A stretch of DNA of 64,000 bases from an uncultured delta proteobacterium (GTDB lineage: Bacteria; Desulfobacterota; Binatia; UBA9968): contig CAVUVW010000027.1 in the NCBI GenBank assembly GCA_963745035.1, forward strand, positions 288,001-352,000, given 5' to 3'. The notes under the pieces are model-generated. The model worked only from the letters and a program-made list of their open reading frames with translations. It made no database searches and had not been told where the DNA came from. This document shows, one piece after another, positions 12,606 to 22,249 of this stretch. Both the position numbers and the translations under genes were made by a program. Each line of letters starts with the position of its first letter. Positions within the stretch are counted from its first letter, which is position 1.

Positions 12606-14023
12606 ACGAGACGCCGCCGGCGGGCAGCCACATTCACTTGATCGCGATCTGCGGCGTGGGCATGGCGTCGCTGGCGGGCCTGCTGCAAGCGCGCGGCTAT
12701 CGAGTTACGGGCTCCGACCAGAACATTTATCCGCCCATGAGCACCTATCTGGCGAGCATCGGCATCGACGTCTTGCCGGGTTTTCGACAGGAGCATCTTG
12801 CGCCCCGACCCGATCTGGTAATCGTCGGCAATGCCGTCCCTCGCACCAATCCTGAAGCGCAGACGATGCTCGAAGCGGAGATTTCGCATATTTCCTTTCC
12901 CCAGGCGCTGGGCCAGTTTTTGATCGGCCAGCGCTCTTCGCTCGTCGTCGCCGGCACCCACGGCAAGACCACTACCACGGCGCTGGCCGCGTGGGTGTTT
13001 GCCTGCGCGGGACTCGATCCGGGGTTCTTCGTCGGCGGCGTGCCGATTAACTTCGCCAGCGGCTGGCGCGTGGGCGCGGGCAATTACGTGGTCGTCGAAG
13101 GCGACGAGTACGACAGCGCCTTTTTTGACAAGGGACCGAAGTTTCTCCACTACCGGCCGCAGAGCGTGATCCTCACCAGCGTCGAATTCGACCACGCGGA
13201 TATTTACCGCGATCTCGATCACGTGAAGAGCGCGTTTCTTCGGCTGATGGACATCATCCCCGAGGACGGCACGCTGGTGGTTTGCGGCGATGATCCGGCG
13301 GCGCGGGAAATCGCCGCGACGGCGCGCTGCCGGCTGGTTACCTATGGCGAGGCCGCGGATGCCGACTGGCATCCCGTCAATATCGAGTTTCGCGCCGGCC
13401 GCGCCTTTTTCGAGCCGTGTTTCCGCGGAAAGTCCGAGGGACGCCTGGAGGCGGCGGTGCTGGGACGGCACAACGTCAAAAACTCCCTCGCGGTATACGC
13501 TCTCGGCCGGGCGTTGGGCATCGAGCGGGAGAGATTGCTCGAAGGTTTCCGCACCTTCGCGGGGGTGAAACGACGCCAGGAAATCCGCGGCGAGCAGCGC
13601 GGTATTTTAGTGATCGACGACTTCGCCCATCATCCGACCGCGGTGCGGGAGACGATCGCGGCGATTCGCGCGGGCTACGCCGGCCGCAAAATCTGGGCGG
13701 TCTTCGAGCCCCGCAGCAATACCAGCAAACGCAGCCTCTTCGAGGAGGAGTTCGCCGCCGCCTTGGCGCTTGCCGACCAGGTTGTGATCGCGCCGGTCTT
13801 TCAGCCCGAAAAGATAGCCGACGGGGAGCGCCTGTCGGTCGATAGCGTCGTCGAGCGGATCAGCCGGCTCTGCGGCGATGAGCGCGCCCGGAAGGCCGGC
13901 GGCGCGGCGGAAATTGCCGCCATGATTGGGCGCGATGCGCGTGCCGGGGACATTGTGTTGGTGATGTCCAACGGCGGTTTCGACAACGTGCATGACAAGA
14001 TTCTAAGCGCGCTAGCGGGTTAG
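12602..14023 (+). CDS. mpl: Murein peptide ligase Mpl
   Basis: HIHLIAICGVGMASLA, GSDQNIYPPMST, GTHGKTTTT, EGDEYDSAFFDKGPKF, DDFAHHPTA, EPRSNT, MSNGGF. Confidence 0.92.
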   Translation: MNETPPAGSHIHLIAICGVGMASLAGLLQARGYRVTGSDQNIYPPMSTYLASIGIDVLPGFRQEHLAPRPDLVIVGNAVPRTNPEAQTMLEAEISHISFPQALGQFLIGQRSSLVVAGTHGKTTTTALAAWVFACAGLDPGFFVGGVPINFASGWRVGAGNYVVVEGDEYDSAFFDKGPKFLHYRPQSVILTSVEFDHADIYRDLDHVKSAFLRLMDIIPEDGTLVVCGDDPAAREIAATARCRLVTYGEAADADWHPVNIEFRAGRAFFEPCFRGKSEGRLEAAVLGRHNVKNSLAVYALGRALGIERERLLEGFRTFAGVKRRQEIRGEQRGILVIDDFAHHPTAVRETIAAIRAGYAGRKIWAVFEPRSNTSKRSLFEEEFAAALALADQVVIAPVFQPEKIADGERLSVDSVVERISRLCGDERARKAGGAAEIAAMIGRDARAGDIVLVMSNGGFDNVHDKILSALAG

Positions 14024-14257
14024 GTACTGGCGGGCACACTCACGGCTGCAAAAAAAGCGGCCCGACTGGCCCACGGCGTCCGATCTGGGGATGTAGCTCT
14101 GGCATTGCGGGTCGAACACCATGTCTTCTCCGGCGGGTTCGGGTTTAAGCCTGCCGGAGGCGCCGGATTTGCCGCGTACGATCGATCTGATCGCCGTGAA
14201 AATCACGTAGAAAATCAAAAAGACAAAGGCGAGGCGGATCAGCACCATATCGGTCAC
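14012..14257 (-). CDS. Small membrane protein with C-terminal TRASH/YHS-like Cys motif
   Basis: N-terminal TM helix; EDMVFDPQCQSYIP..FFCSREC. Confidence 0.7.
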   Translation of the reverse strand: MTDMVLIRLAFVFLIFYVIFTAIRSIVRGKSGASGRLKPEPAGEDMVFDPQCQSYIPRSDAVGQSGRFFCSRECARQYLTR

Positions 14258-14272
14258 CGTAGCGCGATTCGG

Positions 14273-14776
14273 CTACGCGTGGTAGAGGTGGATTTTTTTT
14301 TCGTCTTTGACGTTGATCAGCAGCTCGCAAATCGTCACGCCCAGCTCGGGGTGGATAACCTGCGGCGCGATTTCGCTCAGGGGGATCAAAACAAATTTTC
14401 GGCTCGGCATCTCCGGATGGGGAATCCGCAAATTCTTCTTTTTCACGACCGCCGCGTCGTAGAGGAGAATGTCCAGATCGATGACGCGCGCGCCCCAGCG
14501 CTTTTTGACCTTTTTTCGGCCCATGGCGCGCTCGATATTCTTGAACTTCTTAAGCAGCATGTCGGGCTTGAATTTGGTCTCGATCTCGACGGCGCCGTTG
14601 ACGTACCAGTCCTTGGCGTCGCCCAAAGGCTCGCTCTCGTAAAGCGACGATTCTTTGATCACCCTGGTGTCGGGCAATTTGGTGAGCCGGTCGACGGCTT
14701 CCAAAAAGTTCTCCTTTTTGTTTCCCACGTTGGAACCGATCCCGACGTAGACCTGATGGGCTATCGTGTTTGCCAT
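14273..14776 (-). CDS. folK: 2-amino-4-hydroxy-6-hydroxymethyldihydropteridine diphosphokinase
   Basis: YVGIGSNVG, SSLYESEP, RWGARVIDLDIL, IPHPEM..RKFVLIPL. Confidence 0.93.
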   Translation of the reverse strand: MANTIAHQVYVGIGSNVGNKKENFLEAVDRLTKLPDTRVIKESSLYESEPLGDAKDWYVNGAVEIETKFKPDMLLKKFKNIERAMGRKKVKKRWGARVIDLDILLYDAAVVKKKNLRIPHPEMPSRKFVLIPLSEIAPQVIHPELGVTICELLINVKDEKKIHLYHA

Positions 14777-14798
14777 GCCGCCGTTTGGGGAAGGAATG

Positions 14799-15971
14799 TT
14801 ACAGCTTGACCTTGCGAATCCTTTCCGCAACCTCCCGCAGTCGTTCTTTGTCGACGCAAACCGTAAAGCGAACATAGCCTTCGCCGGCGTCGCCGAAGCC
14901 GTTGCCGGGCGTGGTTACGACTCCGGCTTCGTCGAGCAGTTTGGCGGTGAAATCGGCGGAGGAAAGTCCCTTGGGACAGGTGACCCACACGTAAAAAGTT
15001 GCGCGCGGTTTTTCGCATTCCAGGCCGACGGCGCGCAGCCCATCGACCAGGATGTCGCGCCGCTCCTGATAGATCTTGCGCGACGGCTCGACGATCGCAT
15101 CGCCCAAACGCAGCGCTTCGATCCCCGCTTCCTGCACCGCCTGGAATATTCCCGAATCCAAATTGGATTTGGCTTGGGCCAGGCCCGCGACGATATCCGG
15201 ATTTCCCACCGCCATGCCGATGCGCCAGCCCGTCATATTGAAGGTCTTGGAAAGCGAATGAAATTCGATGCCCACGTCGCGCGCGCCGTCCACTTCGAAA
15301 AAGCTCATGGGCCGATAGCCGTCATAGCCCATTTCGGTGTAGGCGGCGTCATGGCAGACGATCACGTTGTGCTTATTGGCGAAATCGACGACGCGTTGAT
15401 AGAAGCTCGCGTCCGCGACCGCCGCCGTGGGATTGTTGGGATAATTGATCCAGAGAAGCTTGGCCCGGGCAGCAACGTCGTTGGGAATCGCGTCCAGATC
15501 GGGCAAAAAGTGATTTTCCTTCTTGAGCGCCAGGAAGTAATTTTTGCCGCCGTTGAAGGCGGTGCCGATGTGGTAGACCGGATAGCAGGGGCTCGATACC
15601 AGCACCACGTCGCCGGGATCGACGAAAGCGACGGCCATGTTGCCGATGCCTTCTTTGGACCCGATCAGGGAGGTGACCTCCTTTTCCGAGTCGAGCTTGA
15701 CGTTGAACCGGGTCTGGTACCACTTTGCCACCGCATCGCGAAATTCTGCCATACCCGAGCTGCTGGGATAGCGGTGATTGACCGGCCGGCTGGCGCTTTC
15801 CATCAGTTTTTCAACCACCTGCGTGGGGGTCGGGATGTCGGGATCGCCGATCCCCAGATCGATCAAATCTACGCCGCGGGCTAACGCGGCGCGCTTGCGG
15901 CGGTCGATCTCTGCGAAAAGATAGGGGGGTAACTCTTTGATTCGTCGGGCTTTACTTACAGTGACAGGCAA
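14799..15971 (-). CDS. dapL: LL-diaminopimelate aminotransferase (class I/II PLP)
   Basis: LPPYLFAEID, IGSKEGI, NYPNNPT, EFHSLSKTFNMTGWRIG. Confidence 0.85.
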   Translation of the reverse strand: MPVTVSKARRIKELPPYLFAEIDRRKRAALARGVDLIDLGIGDPDIPTPTQVVEKLMESASRPVNHRYPSSSGMAEFRDAVAKWYQTRFNVKLDSEKEVTSLIGSKEGIGNMAVAFVDPGDVVLVSSPCYPVYHIGTAFNGGKNYFLALKKENHFLPDLDAIPNDVAARAKLLWINYPNNPTAAVADASFYQRVVDFANKHNVIVCHDAAYTEMGYDGYRPMSFFEVDGARDVGIEFHSLSKTFNMTGWRIGMAVGNPDIVAGLAQAKSNLDSGIFQAVQEAGIEALRLGDAIVEPSRKIYQERRDILVDGLRAVGLECEKPRATFYVWVTCPKGLSSADFTAKLLDEAGVVTTPGNGFGDAGEGYVRFTVCVDKERLREVAERIRKVKL

Positions 15972-16082
15972 ATTTACATTTCCTCCGTGGCAAAATCGCC
16001 ACGGTTGTACCTGTTTTTTTGCTTTTTGACAACTGTCGATTCAGGCCGCATGGTAAGCTTTGCTTGGGAAGTGGGCACAACA

Positions 16083-16568
16083 ATGGACGTGATAGTCGAT
16101 GGATACAACCTGATCGGCGCCGAACGGGGCCTTGGAGAAGCGCTCGAACCGAAACGAAATTGGCTCGTGCAGCGGCTATCAGCTTATCGAAAAATCAAGC
16201 AGTTCAATCTGACGGTGGTGTTCGATGGTTGGCGCTCCGGGGCTGTCGAAGAGAATCTGCAAATCAAGGACGGCGTTTCGGTCGTGTATTCGCGGCTTGG
16301 CGAGAAAGCCGACGCGGTGATCATCCGCCTCGCCCGTGCAAAGGGCAGCGGATCAGTCGTGATCACCTCGGACCGAGAAATTCAAAAAGCCGTCGAGCGT
16401 TTCGGCGCAGTCGCAGTGTTCTCGGACGAGTTCAGCCGAATTTTGCGCAGCGTTGACGGCGGCAACGCAGGGGAGCTTGATGAGGACGGGTTCGATCATC
16501 TGGACTCACATCGCGGCTCCAAATCAGAACGGCGCCGCAAGGAAAAGCTCAGAAAGCTTCGGCTGTGA
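16083..16568 (+). CDS. NYN/YacP-like PIN-domain protein
   Basis: IVDGYNLI, VVFDG, EKADAVI, VITSDREI. Confidence 0.85.
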   Translation: MDVIVDGYNLIGAERGLGEALEPKRNWLVQRLSAYRKIKQFNLTVVFDGWRSGAVEENLQIKDGVSVVYSRLGEKADAVIIRLARAKGSGSVVITSDREIQKAVERFGAVAVFSDEFSRILRSVDGGNAGELDEDGFDHLDSHRGSKSERRRKEKLRKLRL

Positions 16569-16661
16569 ACAAATCGCCTGGCAAGGGCGGAGAATCAGCG
16601 TAACAACGAGGAGCAGGGCGCGGATCGATTGCACCGAGGCAGGCAGGTGACATCGGCTCGC

Positions 16662-17393
16662 TTAGTTTTTTTCCGGTTTATCGACCTCGGTCAAAAGGCC
16701 GTTGAGAAAGATCAGCACCGAGCCGTCTTTATAGAACCAGTGTTCTTCGTCGACTTTGGTAGGCGCGCGCAGCCTGGTAATGCGCATCGGCGGGCCGAGA
16801 ACCTGTTTTACCTCGCCGGTGTTCAGCCCGGGCATGGGCTGCTTGCGGATCGCGGCGTCTTTGACCGCGGCGGACCAGGGTTGGGATTGTATCCAGGCGA
16901 TACGTTCTTTTTCCTCGCTGGTTTGCTTTTCTTTTTTTCCTTTTTCTTCGGCGCGCGGATCGAGCGCGAGAATCGTCAAATTGAGCGCCTCATGAAAAGC
17001 TTCGGGCCGAATGTAGCCCACGTTGCCCGACTCGAACCTGACCGCGTAATACGGATTTTTTTTGGCTCGGCCGGCAAGATCGGTGATCACGAAGGAATCC
17101 GCGGGATTGGGCCGAATACTGGCGGCGCCGGGGGCGGGGGAGCTGAGAAACTCGGGCAGCCGTTCATCGGACGGACTTAGCCAGAAAGTTTTGCCGACCC
17201 GCGCGGCCAGCGCGTCGAGCTGCTTTTCCGTGTAATGATGGGAGGCGCGCGCGCCAGCCGGCGCCGAGAGCAGCAGCATGAAAACCAGCATACAACAGCG
17301 CGCGATCGCTCCTACGCCGTCGTAACGTCGACGATAGCCCGTCGGCGGCATCGGCGCCTGCTTATGCCCTCTCTGCGATTCTGATACGCTCAT
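16662..17393 (-). CDS. Hypothetical exported protein (true start uncertain)
   Basis: Signal-peptide-like MLVFMLLLSAPAGARA; C-terminal GLNTGEVKQVLGPP..EEHWFY motif resembling SmpA/BamE-like folds. Confidence 0.55.
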   Translation of the reverse strand: MSVSESQRGHKQAPMPPTGYRRRYDGVGAIARCCMLVFMLLLSAPAGARASHHYTEKQLDALAARVGKTFWLSPSDERLPEFLSSPAPGAASIRPNPADSFVITDLAGRAKKNPYYAVRFESGNVGYIRPEAFHEALNLTILALDPRAEEKGKKEKQTSEEKERIAWIQSQPWSAAVKDAAIRKQPMPGLNTGEVKQVLGPPMRITRLRAPTKVDEEHWFYKDGSVLIFLNGLLTEVDKPEKN

Positions 17394-17455
17394 GGAAATG
17401 AGTCCAACGAATGTGCGCGCTTCGGTTACGTCTAAATTTAGACGTCAGACGATGG

Positions 17456-17484
17456 AAAAAGAAAAAGGGCCGATGGAGCCCTTC
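17456..17484 (-). terminator. Intrinsic terminator after tRNA-Met
   Basis: Minus strand AAGGGC-TCCATCG-GCCCTT followed by a T-run. Confidence 0.75.
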
Positions 17485-17488
17485 AATT

Positions 17489-17565
17489 TGGTTGCGGGGC
17501 CGGGATTTGAACCCGGGACCTCAAGGTTATGAGCCTTGCGAGCTACCAGACTGCTCCACCCCGCG
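17489..17565 (-). tRNA. tRNA-fMet (initiator, CAT anticodon)
   Basis: CGCGGGG acceptor stem with C1:A72 mismatch, anticodon loop CTCATAA, GGTTCAAATCC T-arm, encoded CCA; 77 nt. Confidence 0.95.
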
Positions 17566-17625
17566 CCATGAGTTGGAAGTAATCTTCTACCGCGCGTGTT
17601 GCGCGGAGTCAAGGTAGGGATCGCG

Positions 17626-18063
17626 ATGACCGGGAAATTTCGTAATCCGCTTCTCACCGTCGATATCATTATCGAGCTCTCCGACGGCATCGTGTTGATC
17701 GAGCGAAAAAATCCGCCGCACGGTTGGGCGTTGCCGGGTGGATTCGTCGATTACGGCGAGAGCGTCGAAAGCGCCGCGGTGCGCGAAGCCAAAGAAGAAA
17801 CTTCTCTCGAAGTCGTTTTGACCGAGCAGTTCTACACCTATTCCGACCCGGCGCGGGACGCGCGCCATCACACGGTGTCGACGGTTTTCATCGCCACCGC
17901 CCAAGGCGTTCCGCGGGGCGCCGACGATGCCAAGGCGGCGAGCGCGTTTCAGGAAGATTTTCTTCCGGCGCCGCTCGTCTTCGACCACGCGAAGATCCTG
18001 CGAGATTATTTCTTATTCAAGAAGACCGGCCGGCGGCCGAGACCCGAGCGCTCCGGCGGCTAA
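17626..18063 (+). CDS. NUDIX hydrolase
   Basis: Nudix box [28 protein letters not shown]. Confidence 0.92.
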   Translation: MTGKFRNPLLTVDIIIELSDGIVLIERKNPPHGWALPGGFVDYGESVESAAVREAKEETSLEVVLTEQFYTYSDPARDARHHTVSTVFIATAQGVPRGADDAKAASAFQEDFLPAPLVFDHAKILRDYFLFKKTGRRPRPERSGG

Positions 18064-19256
18064 CTCAGCTTTCCAACCGCGTCGCGAATTCGCGCCATGC
18101 CTTTTTCGATGTCTTCGAGCGAGGTCGCGTAGGAGAAGCGGATGTGCTCGTGGGAGCCGAAGTCTTCGCCCGGCACGGCGGCGACTTTGGCTTCTTCGAG
18201 GAGATAGTCGGCGATGTCGCAGGGCGAAGCGAGCTTTTTTCCTCGCCCGGTCTTGTTCAGAAGTTTTCCGACGTTGGGAAATACGTAGAATGCACCCTCG
18301 GGGTTCCGACAGCTGATCCCGTCGATGGCGTTCAGCCGCTCGACGATGACGTCGCGTCTCTTTTGAAATTCTCGCACCATAGCCGCGACGGTATCTTGCG
18401 GGCCGCGAATCGCTTCGAGAGCGGCCGCCTGGGCGATGGAGGTGGGATTGGACGTGCTCTGACTTTGAATTTTGCCGGCGGCAGCGATCACATCGCTCGG
18501 ACCGAGCGCATAGCCGATGCGCCAGCCGGTCATCGCATAGCTCTTCGACACGCCGTTGACGATGATCGTGCGGTCACGCAAAGCGGGAGAGAGAGTCAAA
18601 ATATTATGAACCTCGAAGCCGTCATAAACGATTTGTTCGTAAATGTCGTCGGCGAGAATCAGACAGTCGTGCTTTTCCAGCACGGCGGCGAGGGCGAGCA
18701 GCTCTTCGCGGTTGTAACATGCGCCGGTCGGATTGCACGGGCTGTTTAGAAAAAACACCCGGGTGCGAGGTGTCAGCGCAGCGGCGAGCTGCTCTGGACT
18801 GATGCGAAACCCAGCGGATTCCGCAGACGGAATGAGCCTCGGAACTCCTCCGGCCAATAAAGCCATGTCCGCGTAGCTCACCCAGTAGGGGGCGGGGATG
18901 ACGACCTCGTCTCCCGGATTCACGACCGCCTGTAAAATATTGTAGAGCGAATGCTTCGCGCCGCAGCTTACCAGCACGTCTTCCTTGCGGTAGCTCAAAT
19001 CGTGCGTCCGGCGATAGCTGTCGGCGATCGCTTCGCGCAGAGGCTCGATGCCTTTGACGTCGGTATATTTCGTCATGCCCTTGCGCAGGGCCTCGACTGC
19101 CGCGAGCTTGATATGCTCGGGAGTATCGAAATCGGGCTCGCCGGCGGAAAAGTTGACCACGTCGACGCCTTCGGCGCGGAGCTTGCCTGCCTTGGCGGCG
19201 ATCGCCAACGTCACTGAAGGCTTGATCAGCTTGGTTCTTTCGGCCAGTTGAGTCAT
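18060..19256 (-). CDS. Aspartate aminotransferase-like PLP aminotransferase (class I/II)
   Basis: [40 protein letters not shown]. Confidence 0.9.
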   Translation of the reverse strand: MTQLAERTKLIKPSVTLAIAAKAGKLRAEGVDVVNFSAGEPDFDTPEHIKLAAVEALRKGMTKYTDVKGIEPLREAIADSYRRTHDLSYRKEDVLVSCGAKHSLYNILQAVVNPGDEVVIPAPYWVSYADMALLAGGVPRLIPSAESAGFRISPEQLAAALTPRTRVFFLNSPCNPTGACYNREELLALAAVLEKHDCLILADDIYEQIVYDGFEVHNILTLSPALRDRTIIVNGVSKSYAMTGWRIGYALGPSDVIAAAGKIQSQSTSNPTSIAQAAALEAIRGPQDTVAAMVREFQKRRDVIVERLNAIDGISCRNPEGAFYVFPNVGKLLNKTGRGKKLASPCDIADYLLEEAKVAAVPGEDFGSHEHIRFSYATSLEDIEKGMARIRDAVGKLS

Positions 19257-19269
19257 GCGGATGAAACCC

Positions 19270-19764
19270 TTATCGCCGGAACTTCTCTTTGAGTTTTTTT
19301 AAGACGTTATTGGGCACCAAACCGGAAACGTCGCCGCCCAGGCTGACGACTTCCTTCACCAGCCGGGAGCTGGTGTAAAATTCCGATTCGCCGGTCATCA
19401 TGAACAGGGTTTCGAGCTGGGGCTTCAGCCGATGATTCATCAGCGCCATCTGAAACTCGTATTCAAAATCCGACACGGCGCGCAGGCCGCGAATGATCAC
19501 GGTGGAGCGCTTGCGCTCGGCATAATCCACCAGCAAGCCTTGAAACGAATCCGCTTCCGCCCGGCCTTTCATGTCCGAGAACACTTCGTTGATCATCCGC
19601 AGGCGCTCTTCGACGGAAAACAGCGAGTGGTCCTTGTCGGGGTTGGTGGCGATCGCGACGATGACTTTGTCGAAGACGCGGAGGGTGCGTTTGACGAGAT
19701 CGACGTGGCCGTTGGTGATCGGGTCGAACGATCCCGGGTAAATCGCGACGTTACTAAGGGTCAT
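19270..19764 (-). CDS. coaD: Phosphopantetheine adenylyltransferase
   Basis: YPGSFDPITNGH, RGLRAVSDFEYE. Confidence 0.96.
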   Translation of the reverse strand: MTLSNVAIYPGSFDPITNGHVDLVKRTLRVFDKVIVAIATNPDKDHSLFSVEERLRMINEVFSDMKGRAEADSFQGLLVDYAERKRSTVIIRGLRAVSDFEYEFQMALMNHRLKPQLETLFMMTGESEFYTSSRLVKEVVSLGGDVSGLVPNNVLKKLKEKFRR

Positions 19765-20348
19765 GTCCTTCTATCCTCGGGAGTTGAATGGATCGCAGTG
19801 GGAGCTTCGTAGAATGATAGCCGAGTATCACCATAACGGCGCTGATCGTGCAACCGGAGCGGCCCATACTCCGGGCTTACCGCCTCACGCGCGCTGTGCT
19901 CGATGACCAACGTTCCCGGAGCGCGCAATAAAGCGCATCGACCGATGAGCTCGAGGGACCGGCCGGCGAGTTGCTCATCGTAAGGCGGATCGAGAAAGAT
20001 GTAATCGAAGCTGTCGCGCCGGCGCGCCAAGGACTTGAGCGCGCGCGCCACCGGCGCGGTCCAGACTTCGGTTTGCGCGGCGAAGCCCAGACGCCGTAGA
20101 TTTTCCCTAATGGTCGCCGCCGAGCGCGGCGAAAAGTCGATCAAGACCGCGTGAGCGGCGCCGCGACTTAGCGCTTCGATGCTCAGATTGCCGCTTCCGG
20201 CAAACAAGTCGAGCACCCGCGCGCCGGAAAAATCGCGGGGCAAAATATTGAACAAGGACTCCTTGACCCGGTCGGCCGTCGGCCGGACCGCTTGTCCTTT
20301 GGGTGCCCGCAGGCGGCGCCCTTTTGCTGCTCCTCCGATAACGCGCAC
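19761..20348 (-). CDS. rsmD: 16S rRNA m2G966 methyltransferase RsmD
   Basis: MRVIGG..KGRRL, RPTADRVKESLFN, LDLFAGSG, FLDPPY. Confidence 0.93.
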   Translation of the reverse strand: MRVIGGAAKGRRLRAPKGQAVRPTADRVKESLFNILPRDFSGARVLDLFAGSGNLSIEALSRGAAHAVLIDFSPRSAATIRENLRRLGFAAQTEVWTAPVARALKSLARRRDSFDYIFLDPPYDEQLAGRSLELIGRCALLRAPGTLVIEHSAREAVSPEYGPLRLHDQRRYGDTRLSFYEAPTAIHSTPEDRRT

Positions 20349-20603
20349 TCAGTTTACCTCTCTGCGCCGGCGCCGATCCGCAAATGATCGTTGCCGGGGC
20401 GGCTCATTCACGCCGTCCGCGCCGAGAACGCGCGGGAAAGAATCCACGCAGGCTGCGCCGGCGCGCGCCAAGTCGATGCGATTGACGGCGGCCGCCTTCA
20501 ATTTGACGATGACGTCGTCTTCGCGCCGCAACGCCGGCTCGTCGCCGTCTTCATAGCGCAATTGGTCGACGCCGCCATAGGCGTGAATCCGTACCGCTTT
20601 CAA
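20349..20603 (-). pseudogene. N-terminal fragment of an MDR-family (quinone reductase / Zn-ADH-like) oxidoreductase
   Basis: TTG start, KAVRIHAYGGVDQLRYED..EDDVIVKLKAAAVNRIDL..FPRVLGADG, then unrelated sequence and a stop after ~84 codons. Confidence 0.65.
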
Positions 20604-20689
20604 GGAAAAGACCCGGAGGAATATAATTTTCGTAGCAGGACGCGCCGGGTGAGTCAAAGAACTCGCGGCACGCGCTGGGGATTGGCGTG

Positions 20690-21028
20690 CTAAGCCGAAA
20701 AGGATGTGCCGCAGCCGCAAGTGCCGGTGGCGTTGGGATTGGTAAACTTGAAGCCCCCGCCATACAGGCCGCCCACGAAATCGATCACCGTTCCGGCCAA
20801 ATAGGGGGCGCTGCCGTGATCGATGTAGATTCTTACGCCGTCGCGGTCGATCACCATATCGTCGGGGCGCTGCTGATTGTCGAAATCCAGTTTGTAGGAA
20901 TAGCCCGAACACCCGCCGTCGGCGACCGCGATGCGCAGCCCACAGTCCGCGCGTGGATTGCGCGCGATGAGCTTCTTGACCTGCTCTACCGCGCTTTCCG
21001 TCAGGGAAAGATCGAGATTTTGATCCAT
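20690..21028 (-). CDS. A-type Fe-S cluster carrier (IscA/ErpA/HesB)
   Basis: GGCSGYSY and NPNATGTCGCGTSF. Confidence 0.92.
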   Translation of the reverse strand: MDQNLDLSLTESAVEQVKKLIARNPRADCGLRIAVADGGCSGYSYKLDFDNQQRPDDMVIDRDGVRIYIDHGSAPYLAGTVIDFVGGLYGGGFKFTNPNATGTCGCGTSFSA

Positions 21029-21110
21029 AAAAATACCGCCTCGCTATTGAAAGCGTATTGCTCGATGGCCGACAAGTCAAGCGCGCGGTCCGAGGCTTGG
21101 GCAGCGCAGG

Positions 21111-22037
21111 TCAGCTTTCGAACAATGCGCGGGCGAAGTCTTCGGCATCGAAGGGCTGCAGATCTTCCACCTCTTCGCCGACGCCGACGTACTTGACCGG
21201 CACACCCAGCTCTTCTTGGATGCCGAGGATAACGCCGCCCTTGGCGGTGCCGTCGAGCTTGGTGAGGACGATGCCCGTGATATCAGCGGATTCCTTGAAG
21301 ACGCGCGCTTGCTGGAGGCCGTTTTGGCCGGTGGTGGCGTCCAGCACCAGCAGCGTCTCATGCGGCGCATCGGGCTGTTCGCGGGTGATCACCCGGCGGA
21401 TTTTCTTAAGCTCTTCGATCAAATGGATCTTGGTGTGGAGCCGGCCCGCCGTGTCGATCAGCAGCACGTCGACGCCGCGGCTTTTTGCTGCCTGCATGCC
21501 GTCGAATACCACCGCCGATGGGTCCGCGCCGGCCCGGTGTTTGATGACATCCACGCCGACGCGGCCGGCCCAGGCATCGAGCTGTTCGATCGCCGCGGCG
21601 CGAAATGTGTCGCCGGCGACCAGCAGGACTTTTTTGCCCGCGCCGCGATACTGGGCCGCGAGCTTGCCGATGGTGGTCGTTTTGCCGACGCCGTTGACGC
21701 CGAGAAAAATCACCACCCAGGGACGAGCCGACAAAGGCGCAAGCTTGGGCGCGCCGTCGCGGCTTTGCAGCATCTGCGCCATCGCCGTTTGTAGCCGCGC
21801 GGTCATCTCGTCGGCAAGATCGCCGTTGCCGTTGGGCGCGCGGCGGCGCAGCTCGTCCATCAGCTTGCGACTGGCGGCTACGCCGATATCCGCCGCGATC
21901 AGTGTCTCTTCCATCTGTGCCAGCGAATTCTCGTCCCAGCTCCGGTTCTGGAAAATCGCGCCGATCTTTTCCGTCCAGTCGTCCCGGCTTTTGGTCAAGC
22001 CCTGTTTCAAACGCTGAAAAAACGATCCGCCGCTCAT
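21111..22037 (-). CDS. ftsY: SRP receptor FtsY
   Basis: [43 protein letters not shown]. Confidence 0.96.
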   Translation of the reverse strand: MSGGSFFQRLKQGLTKSRDDWTEKIGAIFQNRSWDENSLAQMEETLIAADIGVAASRKLMDELRRRAPNGNGDLADEMTARLQTAMAQMLQSRDGAPKLAPLSARPWVVIFLGVNGVGKTTTIGKLAAQYRGAGKKVLLVAGDTFRAAAIEQLDAWAGRVGVDVIKHRAGADPSAVVFDGMQAAKSRGVDVLLIDTAGRLHTKIHLIEELKKIRRVITREQPDAPHETLLVLDATTGQNGLQQARVFKESADITGIVLTKLDGTAKGGVILGIQEELGVPVKYVGVGEEVEDLQPFDAEDFARALFES

Positions 22038-22181
22038 GAGGAGGATACTGTTCGATGACGATTGCGGAGTCAACCGCGTGCGAGAAAATTCACGCGCCGG
22101 TCGGGAGCGGCGCGGTTATCCGCGATCTAAACGCGATCGCGGCGCAATTCCTCCGGAGCAAAGACAGCGACCGAGTTCTAC

Positions 22182-22249
22182 GAGGATAGAGATCGAGGAT
22201 GGAAGATCGTCTTTTTCGATCCTCGATCCTCCATCTTCAATCCTCGACC
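22182..22249. repeat. Inverted array of 7-mer units (GAGGATC/GATCCTC-like)
   Basis: GAGGATA-GAGATC-GAGGATG-GAAGATC facing GATCCTC-GATCCTC-CATCTTC-AATCCTC, directly after the smc stop codon. Confidence 0.65.

Noticed and set aside
14766-15884. Long antisense ORFs (for example opposite dapL, ftsY, ffh and smc)
   Set aside because: These are typical shadow ORFs of high-GC coding sequence and carry no protein motifs.
17400-17600. tRNA-Met as an integration site
   Set aside because: No integrase and no duplicated tRNA 3' end are visible in the window.
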